A stretch of DNA of 64,000 nucleotides from Amoebophrya sp. A120. Taxonomy: Eukaryota > Protista > Dinoflagellata. Both the position numbers and the translations under genes were made by a program. Of this stretch, positions 11,201 through 23,800 are shown one piece after another. Within the stretch, counting starts at the first letter, position 1. Every line of letters begins with the position of its first letter. The stretch covers positions 124,001 to 188,000 of the forward strand of contig CAJINV010000008.1 of NCBI GenBank assembly GCA_905178155.1, written 5' to 3'. The notes below the pieces were generated by a model. The model saw nothing but the letters and a program-made list of their open reading frames with translations, did not search any database and was not told the origin of the DNA.

Positions 11201-14200
11201 CACCGGTGCCCACAAATGCCGGCTGATGCTCGTCGCGGCCACCTGGTTCTACCTCGAGTTCGTTCGTACGCCGGGGAAACGGAATCTCGGATGATCCAAG
11301 GAGTTCGTTTTTAATGTCGTGGACACCAGAAGACCGCAGCTTGATGTGCGCTGTGCTGCCGCTTGCTCGGCGCATGCTGGCCCCTGCTTCGCCGGCGCCG
11401 GTCGTGCCTTTACTAGCCGCTGGGGGCGGCAAAATGTCATTGTCATTCGCACTGTCGAGAGCTAGCGGGCTGCACGCGTCGACGGTGGCATTCGCCGCAC
11501 CTTGCAGGGGCGAAAAGCCTTCGATCATACTGAGGTTTGGGGTTTGAATGGCCACTTGCTTGTTCTCGGTTCTTTGCTTTCGCCTCCGTACCAGAAACAC
11601 TTTCAGCCAAGCCACCGTCAGGAAGAGCTGTCAGTTTCAAATAGTGAATGTTTCTTCTGAGTTAGAGATACATACAAATACGTTCAGTTTTTGGTCAGGA
11701 CGACGTGGTGCTGAAAGCATGGAAACGAGGTTGTACAACGAACTTCTACTTTTTACTTAGGTTTAGTACCTGCACGCTTCTTTTCGCCTGCTGCCGCTGA
11801 TGCAGGAAAGCCGCACTGCTTTGGCGTTTGCGCTGGTGAATGGCTTCCTGCTCCAGCTTCTTTGCTTCGTCCAACTGTTCCTCCCAAAGCTGCTCCTCCT
11901 CTCGCTCTCTTCGGCGGCGCTCTTCCGCAATTTTTTGCAGCTCCGAACTGTATTCCGCTCGCGCCTGTAGGGTTCCGTCCTGCTCCTTGAGGGCTGCCTG
12001 CAGATGCTCTTCCAGCTCGCGTTTTTTTCTTTCTTCGTACTGACGCTTCTGCTCCGCTGCGACTGCAAGACGCTCCGCCTCTTCCTTGGCACGGCGTTCT
12101 TCCTCTTCCCGGGCCAGCCGCTTAGCCTCCTCGCGTGCGAGACGGGCCTCCTCTTCCCGCTTCAGGCGCTCCTGTTCCTCCTGTGCACAGCGCTTCCTTT
12201 CCTCTTCGGCGCGCTGCCTTTCTTCCTCTTCGCGCCGCCTGGCCTCCTCCTGCCGCTTCCGCTCCTCAATTTTTTCCTTCTTTTCCAGCCGCACATTGCG
12301 CATGTACATCTTCAGCAGTGATATGCGAAATATCTCGTGCACGAACGTCTGGACACGTGCTCTGTGGCGCGCCGCAGTGTACAGGCGGGGCCGCAGATTC
12401 TTTGTGATGTATCGCCGGCCGTACACCGTCAGTAGCAACATCCGCCACAAGTGCCGCAACAAACGCTGGGCGGCGAGCCGAACCCTTGTGCGGCACAACC
12501 ACGCGTCTAGCCCGATGGCGACCCGGACCGCCTTGTGGACCTGTTGTCGTGGTATTTTTTATTTTTTTGCCTACCGAAAGAACCGAATGCAGAGCGGATT
12601 TGGATTTCATGATTCAAAGGAGCACAAAAGACCCCACATCCGAAAAATCTTTGCGTTTCAACATCTTCTACATCTTACCCTGCATGCCAGCGTTGCAAGC
12701 CGCTTGTTCCTAAGAAATATCCTCGCGCGCCCCGCCCAGCGCATCAACCGCAGATACGTTCGCGTGACGCGTACTAGACCCATTCGGATCGCATTTTTCC
12801 GCACGTTCTTCATTATGTTTTTTAGGTGGATGCTGAACCGGATGACGTTGAGGCAACGGCGAAGCTTTTTCTTCCAGACGAGTTTGCGCAGCTTTTTCAG
12901 CACTGGTCCACTGGCCTCCGCACCGGAAGCCTTAAGCGCCTCGAGCACCGCCATGCGGCCCGCTTTGAGGAACAACCGCGTCGTGCCCAGGGTCCACTCC
13001 CGCAGCGGGACGTCAAAGGCAAGCATCAGGGACTCCACAAACATGCGTGGATCCGTGTTTTCGCTAAACTCGGGCGGCAGCAGCGGCGTGAATCGGTGGT
13101 AGAGGTCCTCAAAGGGGCACCGGTTCGGGTAGCCGTCGCGCATGACGCGCACCAGCTCGATGGTCCCCGATTGCACCATCTGCTCCAGAATGGTCTGCCC
13201 CTGCCAGTAGTTCGGCCGCTGCTCGTTGTTCGGCTTGAAGCAGCGGATGTAGTGCAGGGAACACTTGTCCAGTGTCTCCATCAACTTCTCCAAATTCGTC
13301 ACGTAGCTCTTCCCGATGGTCTTCGCCGTCGGGTTGTCGGCCAGGTTGCACGCCTCCTCGTCCTGCAGCTGCTGCACCAGCGGGTTCACGCTGTCCCGGA
13401 TCACCTGTTCGGGTCCCGTTTTCATGCGCGTGTTGTTTTTCTCGATCCAGCTCCGCGTCTCGTACTCCACCTCACCCGCATAGTGCCGGATGACGAAGCC
13501 GGCGTTTTGGGCCAACGCCTGCTCCCGCCCGGCGCGTTGCACCGCCTTCTTGCCGATGAAGGGAAACTGCACGTTTTTGCGCCGCTCCTTGTGGATTTTT
13601 TCGCAGAACTTCTCGTCCGTCGCGGTTTGCAGTCCCTTGTTGGCTTGCTTGTTGAAGTCGTTCAGCTCGGCCAGCACAAAGCGGACGTCGTCCAGCACCG
13701 GCTGCGCGTCGGGGAGCGGGATCGGCTTCCAGGTCAGACCCTCGCGTTCGTACATGGTCTGCTCGGCCACCAACACTTTCTCGACGAAGAACTGCTGCAG
13801 CCGCTCGTTCGCCAGGTTGATGCACAGCTGCTCCAGGGAGTTGGACTGCAGCTGCTCGAAGCCGTAGATGTCCAGAATCCCGATGTAATTCCGGTGCGCC
13901 TCGCCCTTGCTGGTGTCCTTGTATGCAAGAAAAAAACGGCGTAAGTGTAACTCTGTGATGCAGAACATGCAACAGAGTTACACCTGTCATGCCAAACGAC
14001 CATGAAGTCCTCTTTTCGTGTGTGTTTTCCCTTACGACCCACGCATGACAGGTTTTCTCTGTCATGTAGAGCATACTTGTGATGCTGTCAGCCAAAGACA
14101 GTTACACTAACACAGTTTTTTTCTTGGATACCTTGACCGCACGGTTTACTTTCTCCACCATCCAGTCGAACAGCCGGCTGTAGAGGATTTTCATCAACGA

Positions 14201-16406
14201 TTGCAGCATCCCGTTGGCCTGGTCCTTCGTGTTGTGTTTCAGGCAGATCGAGTCCTTCATGTGCCGCGCGATGGTGTTTTTGGTCGTGGTCAAGTGGTCG
14301 TACAGCGTCACGTCGTCAAACCCCGCCTGCGCGCAGGCGTAGTCGAAATGCTCCTTGTTCGCCATCTCCAGCTCGCCCTCGATGCCGTGTTCCCGGTCCT
14401 TGAACCGCACTTCGCCGAGGTGGATCAACGCGGCCAGCACGGAGAGCAGGTCGCCCTGTTCCTGGTCCTTCACGTTGACAAAATCGAGGCTCTGGATCAG
14501 CACTTTGTAGTTGTCCGCATCGTCTCGCGCCTTCGCCCGGGTTCTCAGCAAGTTGTACTCACCGTCTGGGAGCAGAAAGTAGTCTTCCAGGTTTTCCGCA
14601 CCCGCGAAAAACTCGTAGAAAACGTGGTACCTAGTAGTGTCGTGTGTGTGTGCGCATTTTGGAGGGAAACATTTTTGAGTACTTTTGTAACTAAAACAGT
14701 TTTCGTTTTTATTTGAAGGACTAAAACCAGGTCCAGGCATGATCCAAAGCGACTAGAGTACACCTACAGCTCCAAGATCCGAGAAAAGCTGTAACCGAGG
14801 AGGCGCAAAGATTTGCAGCCACTGCTCACTGCATCGAAATCAAATCAACAAGGGGTACGTTCGTTCGGCTTCGGCGCTGTTCAGTACGCGGCTGGCCTCC
14901 AAGAGGTATGTACGGACCTCGGCCCCCACCAAGCTCCCGACAGCGTTGAAGCAAAGGTTATTGTATTTGCCAAACCTCGACGAGTTTCCTGTTTATCGAA
15001 TTATTTCGGATTTTTTTGGAGCTGATGTGATAGTACTACCGTAGAAAGTAGAAATGCTATCTATAGCATGAGCACCAAATACAGTCCATCTCGGCCAAAA
15101 ATCGAATACTACGCCTGAGTGTCTTGCAGTTGCACCTAAGCTATTTGGGAAACTACAACTAGATGGTTTGATCGTGATGACCAACAACGAAAAATCTACC
15201 ATTCCTGATAGTTGTTGCGTTTCCGAATGACTCTAGCAAAGGATTCGCCGCAGAGAGAATCTTCTCTTGCAAGGAAGCTGCTTGGCTCTGTTCCGTGCGA
15301 GAGCGCTCGCCGAGAAACTTCATGACCATCTTGGCCGTCTCCGTCTTCCCGGCCCCCGACTCCCCCGATATGACCATCGCCTGGCTCTCCTTGTCGCAAA
15401 GCAGTTGTCGATAGGCAAGATCAGCCAGGGCGTAGGGATGCGGCGGTCGCTGGTGGATGTTGGTAAGGTTTTTGTATTCCAAGCGCTTCTGGTCCGTGTC
15501 AAGGTAGACAGGCTTGTAGGGATTCACTGCAAATAACACCGCCCCCGTGAATGTGTAAATTTGGTCCTCACAATACCGGACTCGCAGGTTCTCCAGGATG
15601 TTCGCTTCGTCTAAATGGGTCAGGCTTGTGCAGTCGGGCTTCCCCACCGCAACGGCGGTTCCCACCCGATTTCGGAAGCTCCCGCTGTTTGACAGTCGCA
15701 GCCCTCCGCTTGTCCCCGTTTTATTGCTGCCAACCGCAGAAGTGCTAGATCCTCCGCCGAGCAGGCTCGTGCGCCAGTTTTTGCTACCTTGCCTATTGTT
15801 CACAGCTTCCTCAGGCTTTGGCCGTGGGAACACTTGCCGGGCTGCTGCAGTCGTGCCAGTACCGAACGCATTCGTACCGGGTGTGCCAGGTCTAGTCGGC
15901 GTGCCAGGCCGCTGTCCGGTCGGCGTGCCAAGACGCGTTGGTGTGCCGGGACGGCCGAAATGATCCGCACCAGCACCGACCTGGAGACGCGCACGCTCGA
16001 TACCTCGTTCGGGATCGGGCTCGCACTCGACTACAAGTGTTGGCAGGGTCTCCACAACGGTACCGGCCAGGTACCCGTGCTCGGGAGCAGAGACATAGAC
16101 TGGATCTCCTACATTGAATGCGGTGGAGGACGAAGCAACATCGTCTACCACATTGTCCTGCGGCACGGGAAGGGACAAAGCAGCGCTCGGCCCCGTACTC
16201 GCATGTCCGCCTGTAGTTGTACCTCCAAAGGCGAACTGTGGCCGTGAAGGGGTAGACGTTGCCGCGCCTCCATTGATACCTGTGTTCGACATCGACGAGG
16301 ATGCGCTGCTTCCACCCCTCTGAAGATTCGAGGACGAAGTGAAAGGGGCTTGGTTTTGTGGAACGGCAAAAGACCCGTTGCGAGGACCTCCTCCTAACCA
16401 CGACAT
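8269..16406 (-). CDS. Unconventional myosin with SH3-like N-terminus, ER/K single-alpha-helix region and long disordered tail (7 exons)
   Basis: P-loop GESGAGKT, switch I NSSRFGK, switch II LDIYGFE, HYIRCFKPN. Introns 14989-15199, 14631-14858, ~13918-14131, 12541-12678, ~11559-11769 and ~10422-10768 all keep the frame. Stop TAG at 8269. Confidence 0.9.
13922..14130. mobile_element. Introner (TIR element), 209 bp, in the myosin motor domain
   Basis: TIR TAT(G/C)CAAGAAAAAAAC.G.GT.AGTGTAACT; TSD CCTTG at 13917-13921 and 14131-14135. Removal restores AVK-DTSKGEAHRNYIGILDIYGFE. Confidence 0.9.
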
Positions 16407-17609
16407 TTTTGCCTAGTTGCAGATGATTTTGATTACTCAGAAAACATTATCGAAATTTGCATTTTTACTTTCCCGTATTGATGTTTGACTTCTTTGATAT
16501 GATACGATAAAGTAAAGAGACACGAGCAGCGATGAAAGAGTTAGAGTTCGCAATTAGAATTCCAGCACACAAAAAGGAACCCTTGAGTCTTCTTCTATTT
16601 CGCATTGGTTTTGGATTTCATTTGGTGTAAGAGGGAGAGCATAAAGAAAAAATTGGTATGTGCGACTTTTCATGCACTTGCACAATTTATTTATTTTTCT
16701 TTAAATCTTTTGGTGCACACCAGTGCGGCGGATCGATTTCATCAACATCAAGAACGAGACACCACACCACCGACGACGAGTAACTACGGAAATAGTTGTG
16801 CGGTTTTCTATTTTGATATTGCGCACAGGTGGCGTTGCTCTCACGACGATCACCGTGTCGACTAACTCTATTTTTTTGGTAACGAGACGAGGGCGTTGAT
16901 TTTCATAGCAACCGGAACCACTGCAACAACTTGTAGTTGGCATCACATCTTAATTAGCATTCCTCCTCCTTCTGCAGCGGGAGCAAGACTATGGTAAGGG
17001 GCCATCCTACTTGCCGAAAGATACATTCAACATCGATGTTCGACAGTCATCACATCTCTTTCTGTATCCGAATTTCGATGAGACTGAGACTACTTCGATT
17101 GTTCGGTTTGTTTTCTTGTGGTCTCGCAGGAATTTTTGCACAAAAACGAACGATCGATGTTTTCGACGAACACATTGAAGTAGTCGCGGTTCAAACGACC
17201 GTGCATCAATTTAGAAGCGAGGTCGACAATAAATCTCCCTCGGCATTTGCTTCTACCTTCTTCTATGGAAGTGGGTTTCAACTTGTTGTGGTTTAGCGAG
17301 CATTGTGAAGTCACATTTAAATTTATTCACATGAAAGCTTTCTTTCTCTAGATACAGCATAGGCTGCACTTTAGATACCGGAGATTGAGATTTCACGTCT
17401 CTCGTTTTTTGAATTGTGTAATGCTAAGTCTATCGATCATCTAGTTTGATCTTTAGAAGCCGGCATCTTGGAAGAAGAAACTAATGAAGTTACTTCCCGT
17501 GCGAGTTTTTTGCAGCTTCTGTTCGTGTTCCCGCCCTTCTTGGCGTCCTCCTCGTATTGCTTTCACACTACAGAGGTAAGAAAAAAAGACTCTTGTTTTT
17601 TCGAGGCAG

Positions 17610-17731
17610 CAGTAGTTTTCGGTAAATTCTTTCTCGGTGTGAAATTTTCGTGTGATTCTCAGTGGTGACAGTAGTTTTCGGCTCAAAATTCTTTCTCGGT
17701 GTGAAATTTTCGTGCGATTCTCAGTGGTGAC
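17610..17731. repeat. Tandem duplication, 2 x ~60 bp
   Basis: CAGTAGTTTTCGG...TTCTTTCTCGGTGTGAAATTTTCGTG(T/C)GATTCTCAGTGGTGA repeated at 17610 and 17669. Confidence 0.85.
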
Positions 17732-17825
17732 TGAGATCGTGTGAGTTTTATACAACTTGAAGAATAGAGGCATGCAAATTTCAATTGCTTTTTGCTTCTT
17801 GAGCTTCACCGTGTCCTTTACACAA

Positions 17826-20800
17826 TTACGACGTATTTTCTGCACCGTCGGATAGGGATCCATTGCTGTCGTGGCTGCTCTCCTCAAAATCGTTCCACAC
17901 GTTGTCTTCATCGGTATTGTTCTTGTCAGCTTCCCAGAATTCGTCCCCCTCGTATTTTTCCTTAGCGCGTTTCGCGTCGATCTTCCTCAGGTGCTTCAAC
18001 AGCCGCTTTTCATCCTCCTTCTGGGCAAGCTGCGACCGAGGGCGCGAGTCGTACAGCGACTCTTGCTCTTCAGTAAGCAATGAAACTATCATGGAGAAAA
18101 CTTCGCCGGTCAAAAATCATCAATGCAAGTTTCAGTTTCTTGTTTGTTTGGGAACGACTCTGATGAATAAATTAGCAGAACGAATACGAGTAGAACGCCT
18201 ATACTTTTTGATTTTTCTCTGGTGTTGTGGGCTTCTACGTACAAAATGCCCTCGCTGACGAGATGCGTGTGTGTATATTTTTCTTGCGTGGAGAAGCCTC
18301 ACAGATGAAGCGATAATTCACATAAACCTTTGATGGCTTTGTTGACTTGAGTGAAGCTTTTCCCTCTGCCGGCATAAAGGCCAGAGATTGCTGTTTTCGA
18401 AACCTCTGGCTATTCTTTCGAAACTCCGCCTTGAATTTTTCAACCCCTTTGGGCCGGCCGGCCATCAATGCTTTATCAATATCGTCCGCGTCGGCAACGA
18501 GTCCGTGTGGAGTGGCCTGGCTTGGAGTGACACTTGATGCGCCGTAGTCATCATCTTCTGGTGCGTTAATGGACGAGGATGAAGTGGATGCTGACCTGTG
18601 GTGAAGATGAGTGGACGAGTTGGCGTTGACACAAAAATTGCTAATAGCAATTTTTGAAAATGCAAATTCAACCACCATGACCATTGATTCAATTTCAGGA
18701 GACAAAAGCTGACGAGTTCTTGCATCATGTAAATGAAATATACCCAGAATGGTCATGTGAATTCTCGATGTTTTCGGGCTTCTCCTGCTTCTTCTGCTTG
18801 TTGTTCACGAAAAACTGGAAGGAGCTTGCCATCGACGGAGAAGCTGCTACTTTTGTTCCAGGGGCGTTTTTCCGTTTGCCAGGCGGCGTTTTATTGTCCG
18901 TTCCAGCGGCATGTAGTGCCGAGCTGGAGCTGCTGGAAGAGGACGGTGCTGTACCCCCGCTGCCGTTCTTGCGTGGTGGCCGCCCAGCAGGTGGCTTCAT
19001 CTTGTTGCTTGGCGGCCCCAGGAACGCCGCAAAGAAATCCTCTTTTGGCTTGGTTTGCAGCAAAGCTTTTTGCACCGCTGCGTCGCGCTTCGGACCGGGT
19101 TTCTCCGGAATGTCCACGCCGCCAAGTCTTCGAATCGGGGAGCTCGTTACATCCGCCGCTTTGATGCTTTCTTTCTGAGAAATAAGCTGTTGCGGCTTCT
19201 TATTTATCGCTGGCAAACTAATCTGCAACGACGACTGTGAAACAGCGGCTGGCGCTGCATCAGCTGCAGTAGCTTTATTGGCCTCCTGTAGGTGTTGCAG
19301 CTTCGGCTTTGCTGCCGTGCCAGCAGCCAAGGCTAGGGCTTCTTGATCTTTCTTCTCGGACACCATGGCCGACACAGGTGGAGCAGCACATTCCTCGCGT
19401 GGTCGACCATCGCTGACGCCGGTGCCGATGGCAAGGGGCTTGGCATCTTTAACTTCCCCCGGTTTGCTTTCATCCCTGACCCTGCTTTCCCTCGGTGATT
19501 GTAAGGAAGCTGAGGGCGCCGGTACTGGTGCGGTGGGCAGCTTGGGCTGCACCTTCTGCTCCTCCTTCGCATCGCCCCGCGCCATCAAGGCGTTTCTTGC
19601 GTTGGACCGCCCCCTCGTTCCTCTTGCCCTTGCCGGGGACCTCTTGTTTCCCCGAGCCTTCACCTCCCATTTTTCCTTTGCGGCCCACCTCGCTCGGCAT
19701 TCTGCTATGGGGCGACCGACGTCCTGACTAACCCGCTCCCAGTAAGCCACGTCTGCTAGGTTGTGCCGGCGCGCCGCTTCGGCTAGCTTCTTCTCGTCTG
19801 CCTTCGACCAGTCTTGCGGGGCCGCGGATTGCGAGGTGGACGACGAGATTCCGTTCCCTGCGTCGCCTGCAGCTTCCTTAATATCCGCGTTTTGATGGCT
19901 TGCCGCGATCGCGAGCGCTGCTTTCGACTTGTCTCCCGCTGGTGGAGCCGCAGCCTTTTTAGGTCTACCTCTACCCCTACCTTTTTTCGCCCCAGCCGGG
20001 CTGGCGGGCTTGTGGTCCTCTTGTAGTTCTCCATTCTGCAGCAGCGTGCGTCCCATGCCGCTGGGCTGCTCCTTTGCGTTCTTAGATGTGTCTGGAACTC
20101 GATCCTTGTCCTCGCGGTCACTATCGCCGCGCACTGCTTTCCCACTTCCGCCCGTGAAGGCCGAAGCTTGTTGCTGGTGATCGGGGTGCGGTGCCCACCT
20201 CTTCTCTTCTACTTGCCTCGACACAGCCCCATTGCCGCTCTGTCCAAACACAATCGCGGCAGCTTGTTCATTTTCATCTTTCAAGTTGGTTGCGCCGATT
20301 GCTTCAGCTATGTTATCAGGAACATCTCCTGGCTCGATACCGGCACGGCGGAGCTGCTCTCTGAGGAGGTTGTTTTCTTCGAAAAAGGCCTGTCCTTCCG
20401 CCCAGATACGGTTGATTTCTACGTTTGCCTTCGCCACGTTGCCGTTTGCCTGGTCTATCGCGCTGCGCATTCTCGCCATCCCTCTTCTCGCCTCACTCTC
20501 TGCGGCTTTGCGGGTTTCGTTCGCAATACTTGCTTGCTTCTCCATGAGTGCCTTCCAATGCTTGTCCAACTTTTCTTTCTGCTCTGCCTTTTCGCGCAGC
20601 AGCGCCGCTCTTTCCTTGTCCCACAGTTTCTGTGCAGCATCAAGTTTTCCCTTTTGGTGAAGGAGAACCTCGTCCAAGCGATCTTTTGCTTTTCTCTTGC
20701 AAGTTTCGAAGACATGCGACCACTTCTCCTTGAGATCCTTGAAGCTATCGCCCTTCGCCGTCTTCGCGGCTGCCTCCGCAACCTCCACCGACGCCTTCAG

Positions 20801-23800
20801 CTCGTCCACCTTAGTTCGCAGCTCGATATTGTCCGCTCGCCACGCGGCTACCTCGTCGGCGTGGTCTTGCTCCGCTTCCGCTTGCTCCCGCAGGCGCGAT
20901 AACTGTGCTTGCAGCAGCTTCTGCTTTCCCAGTGCCAATCTCTGGTCAAGTTCCGCAAGGTCCCTCCTCATCCGCTCCTCCGTAGGATTGTGACCGCGGT
21001 GCATGGAATTGGAAGTATTTTTATTCCCGCCGAACATCAACGCAGTACGAGGACCAAGAGCTGCACCAGCCGCAGTGGAAAACTGCATCAAGGTGTTCTG
21101 CTGAATACTAGCACCTGCTTGCACCAGCCCCGAAGCCATGGCGGTGGCCTCGGCTAATCTGACCGCTAGCGGTTTGATTTCAAAACGCACCGTGTACCCG
21201 AGTTTCAGTTGCACGATGCGTTCGGCCTCCAGGATATCAAATGTAAAAATGTCTGGGTCTGGAAAAGTGTAGACTTGTCATGCAGAATTTCCATGACCCA
21301 TGAGGTCTGGAGTGCGGCACTTAGCATGACAGACTCTACGAGGTCTCTGCCATGCCTATCCTGCATGAGAAAGTCCCTTCCAACTTGGTCAAAAGTATAC
21401 CGCTTTTGGCACTCATGCAACACAGATTTTTGCATGCTTCAGATTTACCATGACAAGTTGCAATCGTCCAGACCCAGACATTTTTGCAATTCATACAGGA
21501 GCAGCTGTGGCAATTCCTCGGCCATGGAATCCAGAAAGCTTGAGTATGACACCCTCAGAATGGAAATCCTCAAAGTGGAAATAATTTGTGATGCATGAAA
21601 TGCGACACCAAAAAGACTGTATTGCAGAGAACGCAATGGAGGCCGACTACTGTGCTTCTACGGGTTCAGAATTGGGCTGCTGATTAGCACGGGAGAAGGG
21701 CACCCCTTTGCCTAACTAGCATGACAAACACGTTTTGAGTGCCCGGGAAATTTGTCATGCGCCGACTATAAATGCTGCTCGAACTGGCGTCGTTTTTTTG
21801 CATTACAAATTATTTTCACTTTGAGGATTTCCAACCTGAGGCTTTCATATTGACGTCTGGTTATGGTAAACCAGCATGCCGTCGAAACACAGCGCGGAAA
21901 CTTGGTATTTCCCATTGGTCGCCGCAATGACGCGCTCCAACTCGAAGAGCACTGCGTCCTCCAGCTCGCCGATCACGTAGGACAGGAGGGTTCGCTTCGG
22001 GTGTTGTCGACCCGAAAACAGTTGCAGCAGATCCGGCCGCGAGCGCGCCACGACCTCCATGCAGACATTCGCTTCCTGCTCAAACCGCCGCACGAAGCCG
22101 TGGTTCCCGGGAACAGCGCTGCCGCAATGCTGCTTCCAGGCGTCTATCCCGCCTCCGTAGAGAAGCCGCAACAACAATTCCTTAGCGTCCTCGCGCGTGA
22201 CGTTGTAGTAATTTTGGATCCGCTTCAGGCAATTCTCGCGGCCGTTAGTCGTGTACAAACGAATCATCGCCAGGGGATCTGACAAAAGTACGCGGAGACA
22301 GTAAATTTTGTTGGTTTTCTCGCACTTTTTCTAAAATTTCGGTTGCACGGATGAACTTGCGCTAACTACGCGTAGCTGTACTTTGTTGAACTTGATAATG
22401 CTGTTGATCATGAAAGTGTATTGTAGAAGATAGAGGCACGACAACCACATTGATTTATCAAGATCAACATTACAATACCTGCACCCCCGTCAGGCAAGCC
22501 GTGACCCTCGCGAAATGCGACTGGTTGTTCCTTGACAACTTGTGCGAGATTTTCCGCAAAGGCAGGCTTATCAAGCAGCTGCACCAAGAGGGTTGGGTAG
22601 CAATTCTGCAGGTCGACATCTGTTGCGAGGTGTCCGCAGGCCGCGGCGCGGACAAGCTTGGAAACGTGTTGCAGCGAATACTTGTGATCGGCGTAGCGAC
22701 GCCCCATTCCCTTCGGGCGGTGGTAGCTCATTGGAATTCGACCTTCATGTCGGAGCGCTACCGCTAGCAACTCCTCTGCTTGTGCGAGATACTTGCGGCT
22801 TGCGGGGTCCGTTCGAGGGGCGAACTGTAGTTCCCGAACGAAGTACCCGAGAGTGTGCACATCAACAACTTCGGTGTAACACGTGTGCTCCGCTGGGATT
22901 GGTCTGTAGTCTGGGTGCACGCCGGGTTCTGGGGAATCTTCCTCCTGGCCGAATGATGAAGATTTCATTCCTCCTCGGCCTGGACCTGAAATCAAGTTCA
23001 TGTTCTTGGCAGCTTCTGGTCCCTTGTTTTCATCCTTTTCTGAGGCCGCCGCACTGGACGATGGCGATGACGTTTTCGTTTTCCTGCGCTTCGCTAGCGG
23101 CTCTCCTACTCCAGCTTCATTCTCCTGGTCCTCCTGGCTGCTCTGCAGCAGCACGCTCAGATTTGGGCTTCTGTTCGCTGCTGCTGCTTCTTCTTCGCTG
23201 CGATGGTAGGGCGCGTGTAGTATCAACTCAAGTTCGCGACTGAAACTGCTTTCACGTCGCAGCTCATCTCGGTGTAGGGTTTCGAGCGGAGAGGCCGGTC
23301 GACTTTCCAGGGCAAAGCTCGCCTTCGCGACATCACCATTTTCGTCCCTGCTGTCGTCAGGCTCTTCCACACTGTGTTCGACACTGAAGGCAAGGTCGCT
23401 AAAACTGAGGGCCGGTATTCGCAAGCACTCAGGTAGCGGTCGTACCCGTAGAGGTTTCTGACGTCGAACCACGCCGGGATCGCCAGGGAGATTTCCTGGG
23501 TCATCTTCGAACTGCTCGTCGTGCTCGCTGTTTTCAACATCGTCTTCTGCGCTTGGTTGTGGCGCGTGGTCTGCTGTGCCAGCGTCGCCGGCAAAAGTGC
23601 TGTCGGTTTTTTTCTGATCTTGTGCTAAGAGCAGGCGGACTTCTGGGTTGTTGTCAAATGACTCCGAGGCACGTAAAAGATACGCCGTGGAAAAATGTTG
23701 CGGGGGTGCAACAGCCTCTTTTTGCAGCGGACCGGGCCCGCCTCTGGCGGAGTAGAGTTCTTCTTCCTTTCTTGCGTTGTTAGAGTACCCTCGCGGCATA

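Noticed and set aside
17610-17731. CRISPR-like array
   Set aside because: Only two adjacent copies with no spacers, in a eukaryotic context.
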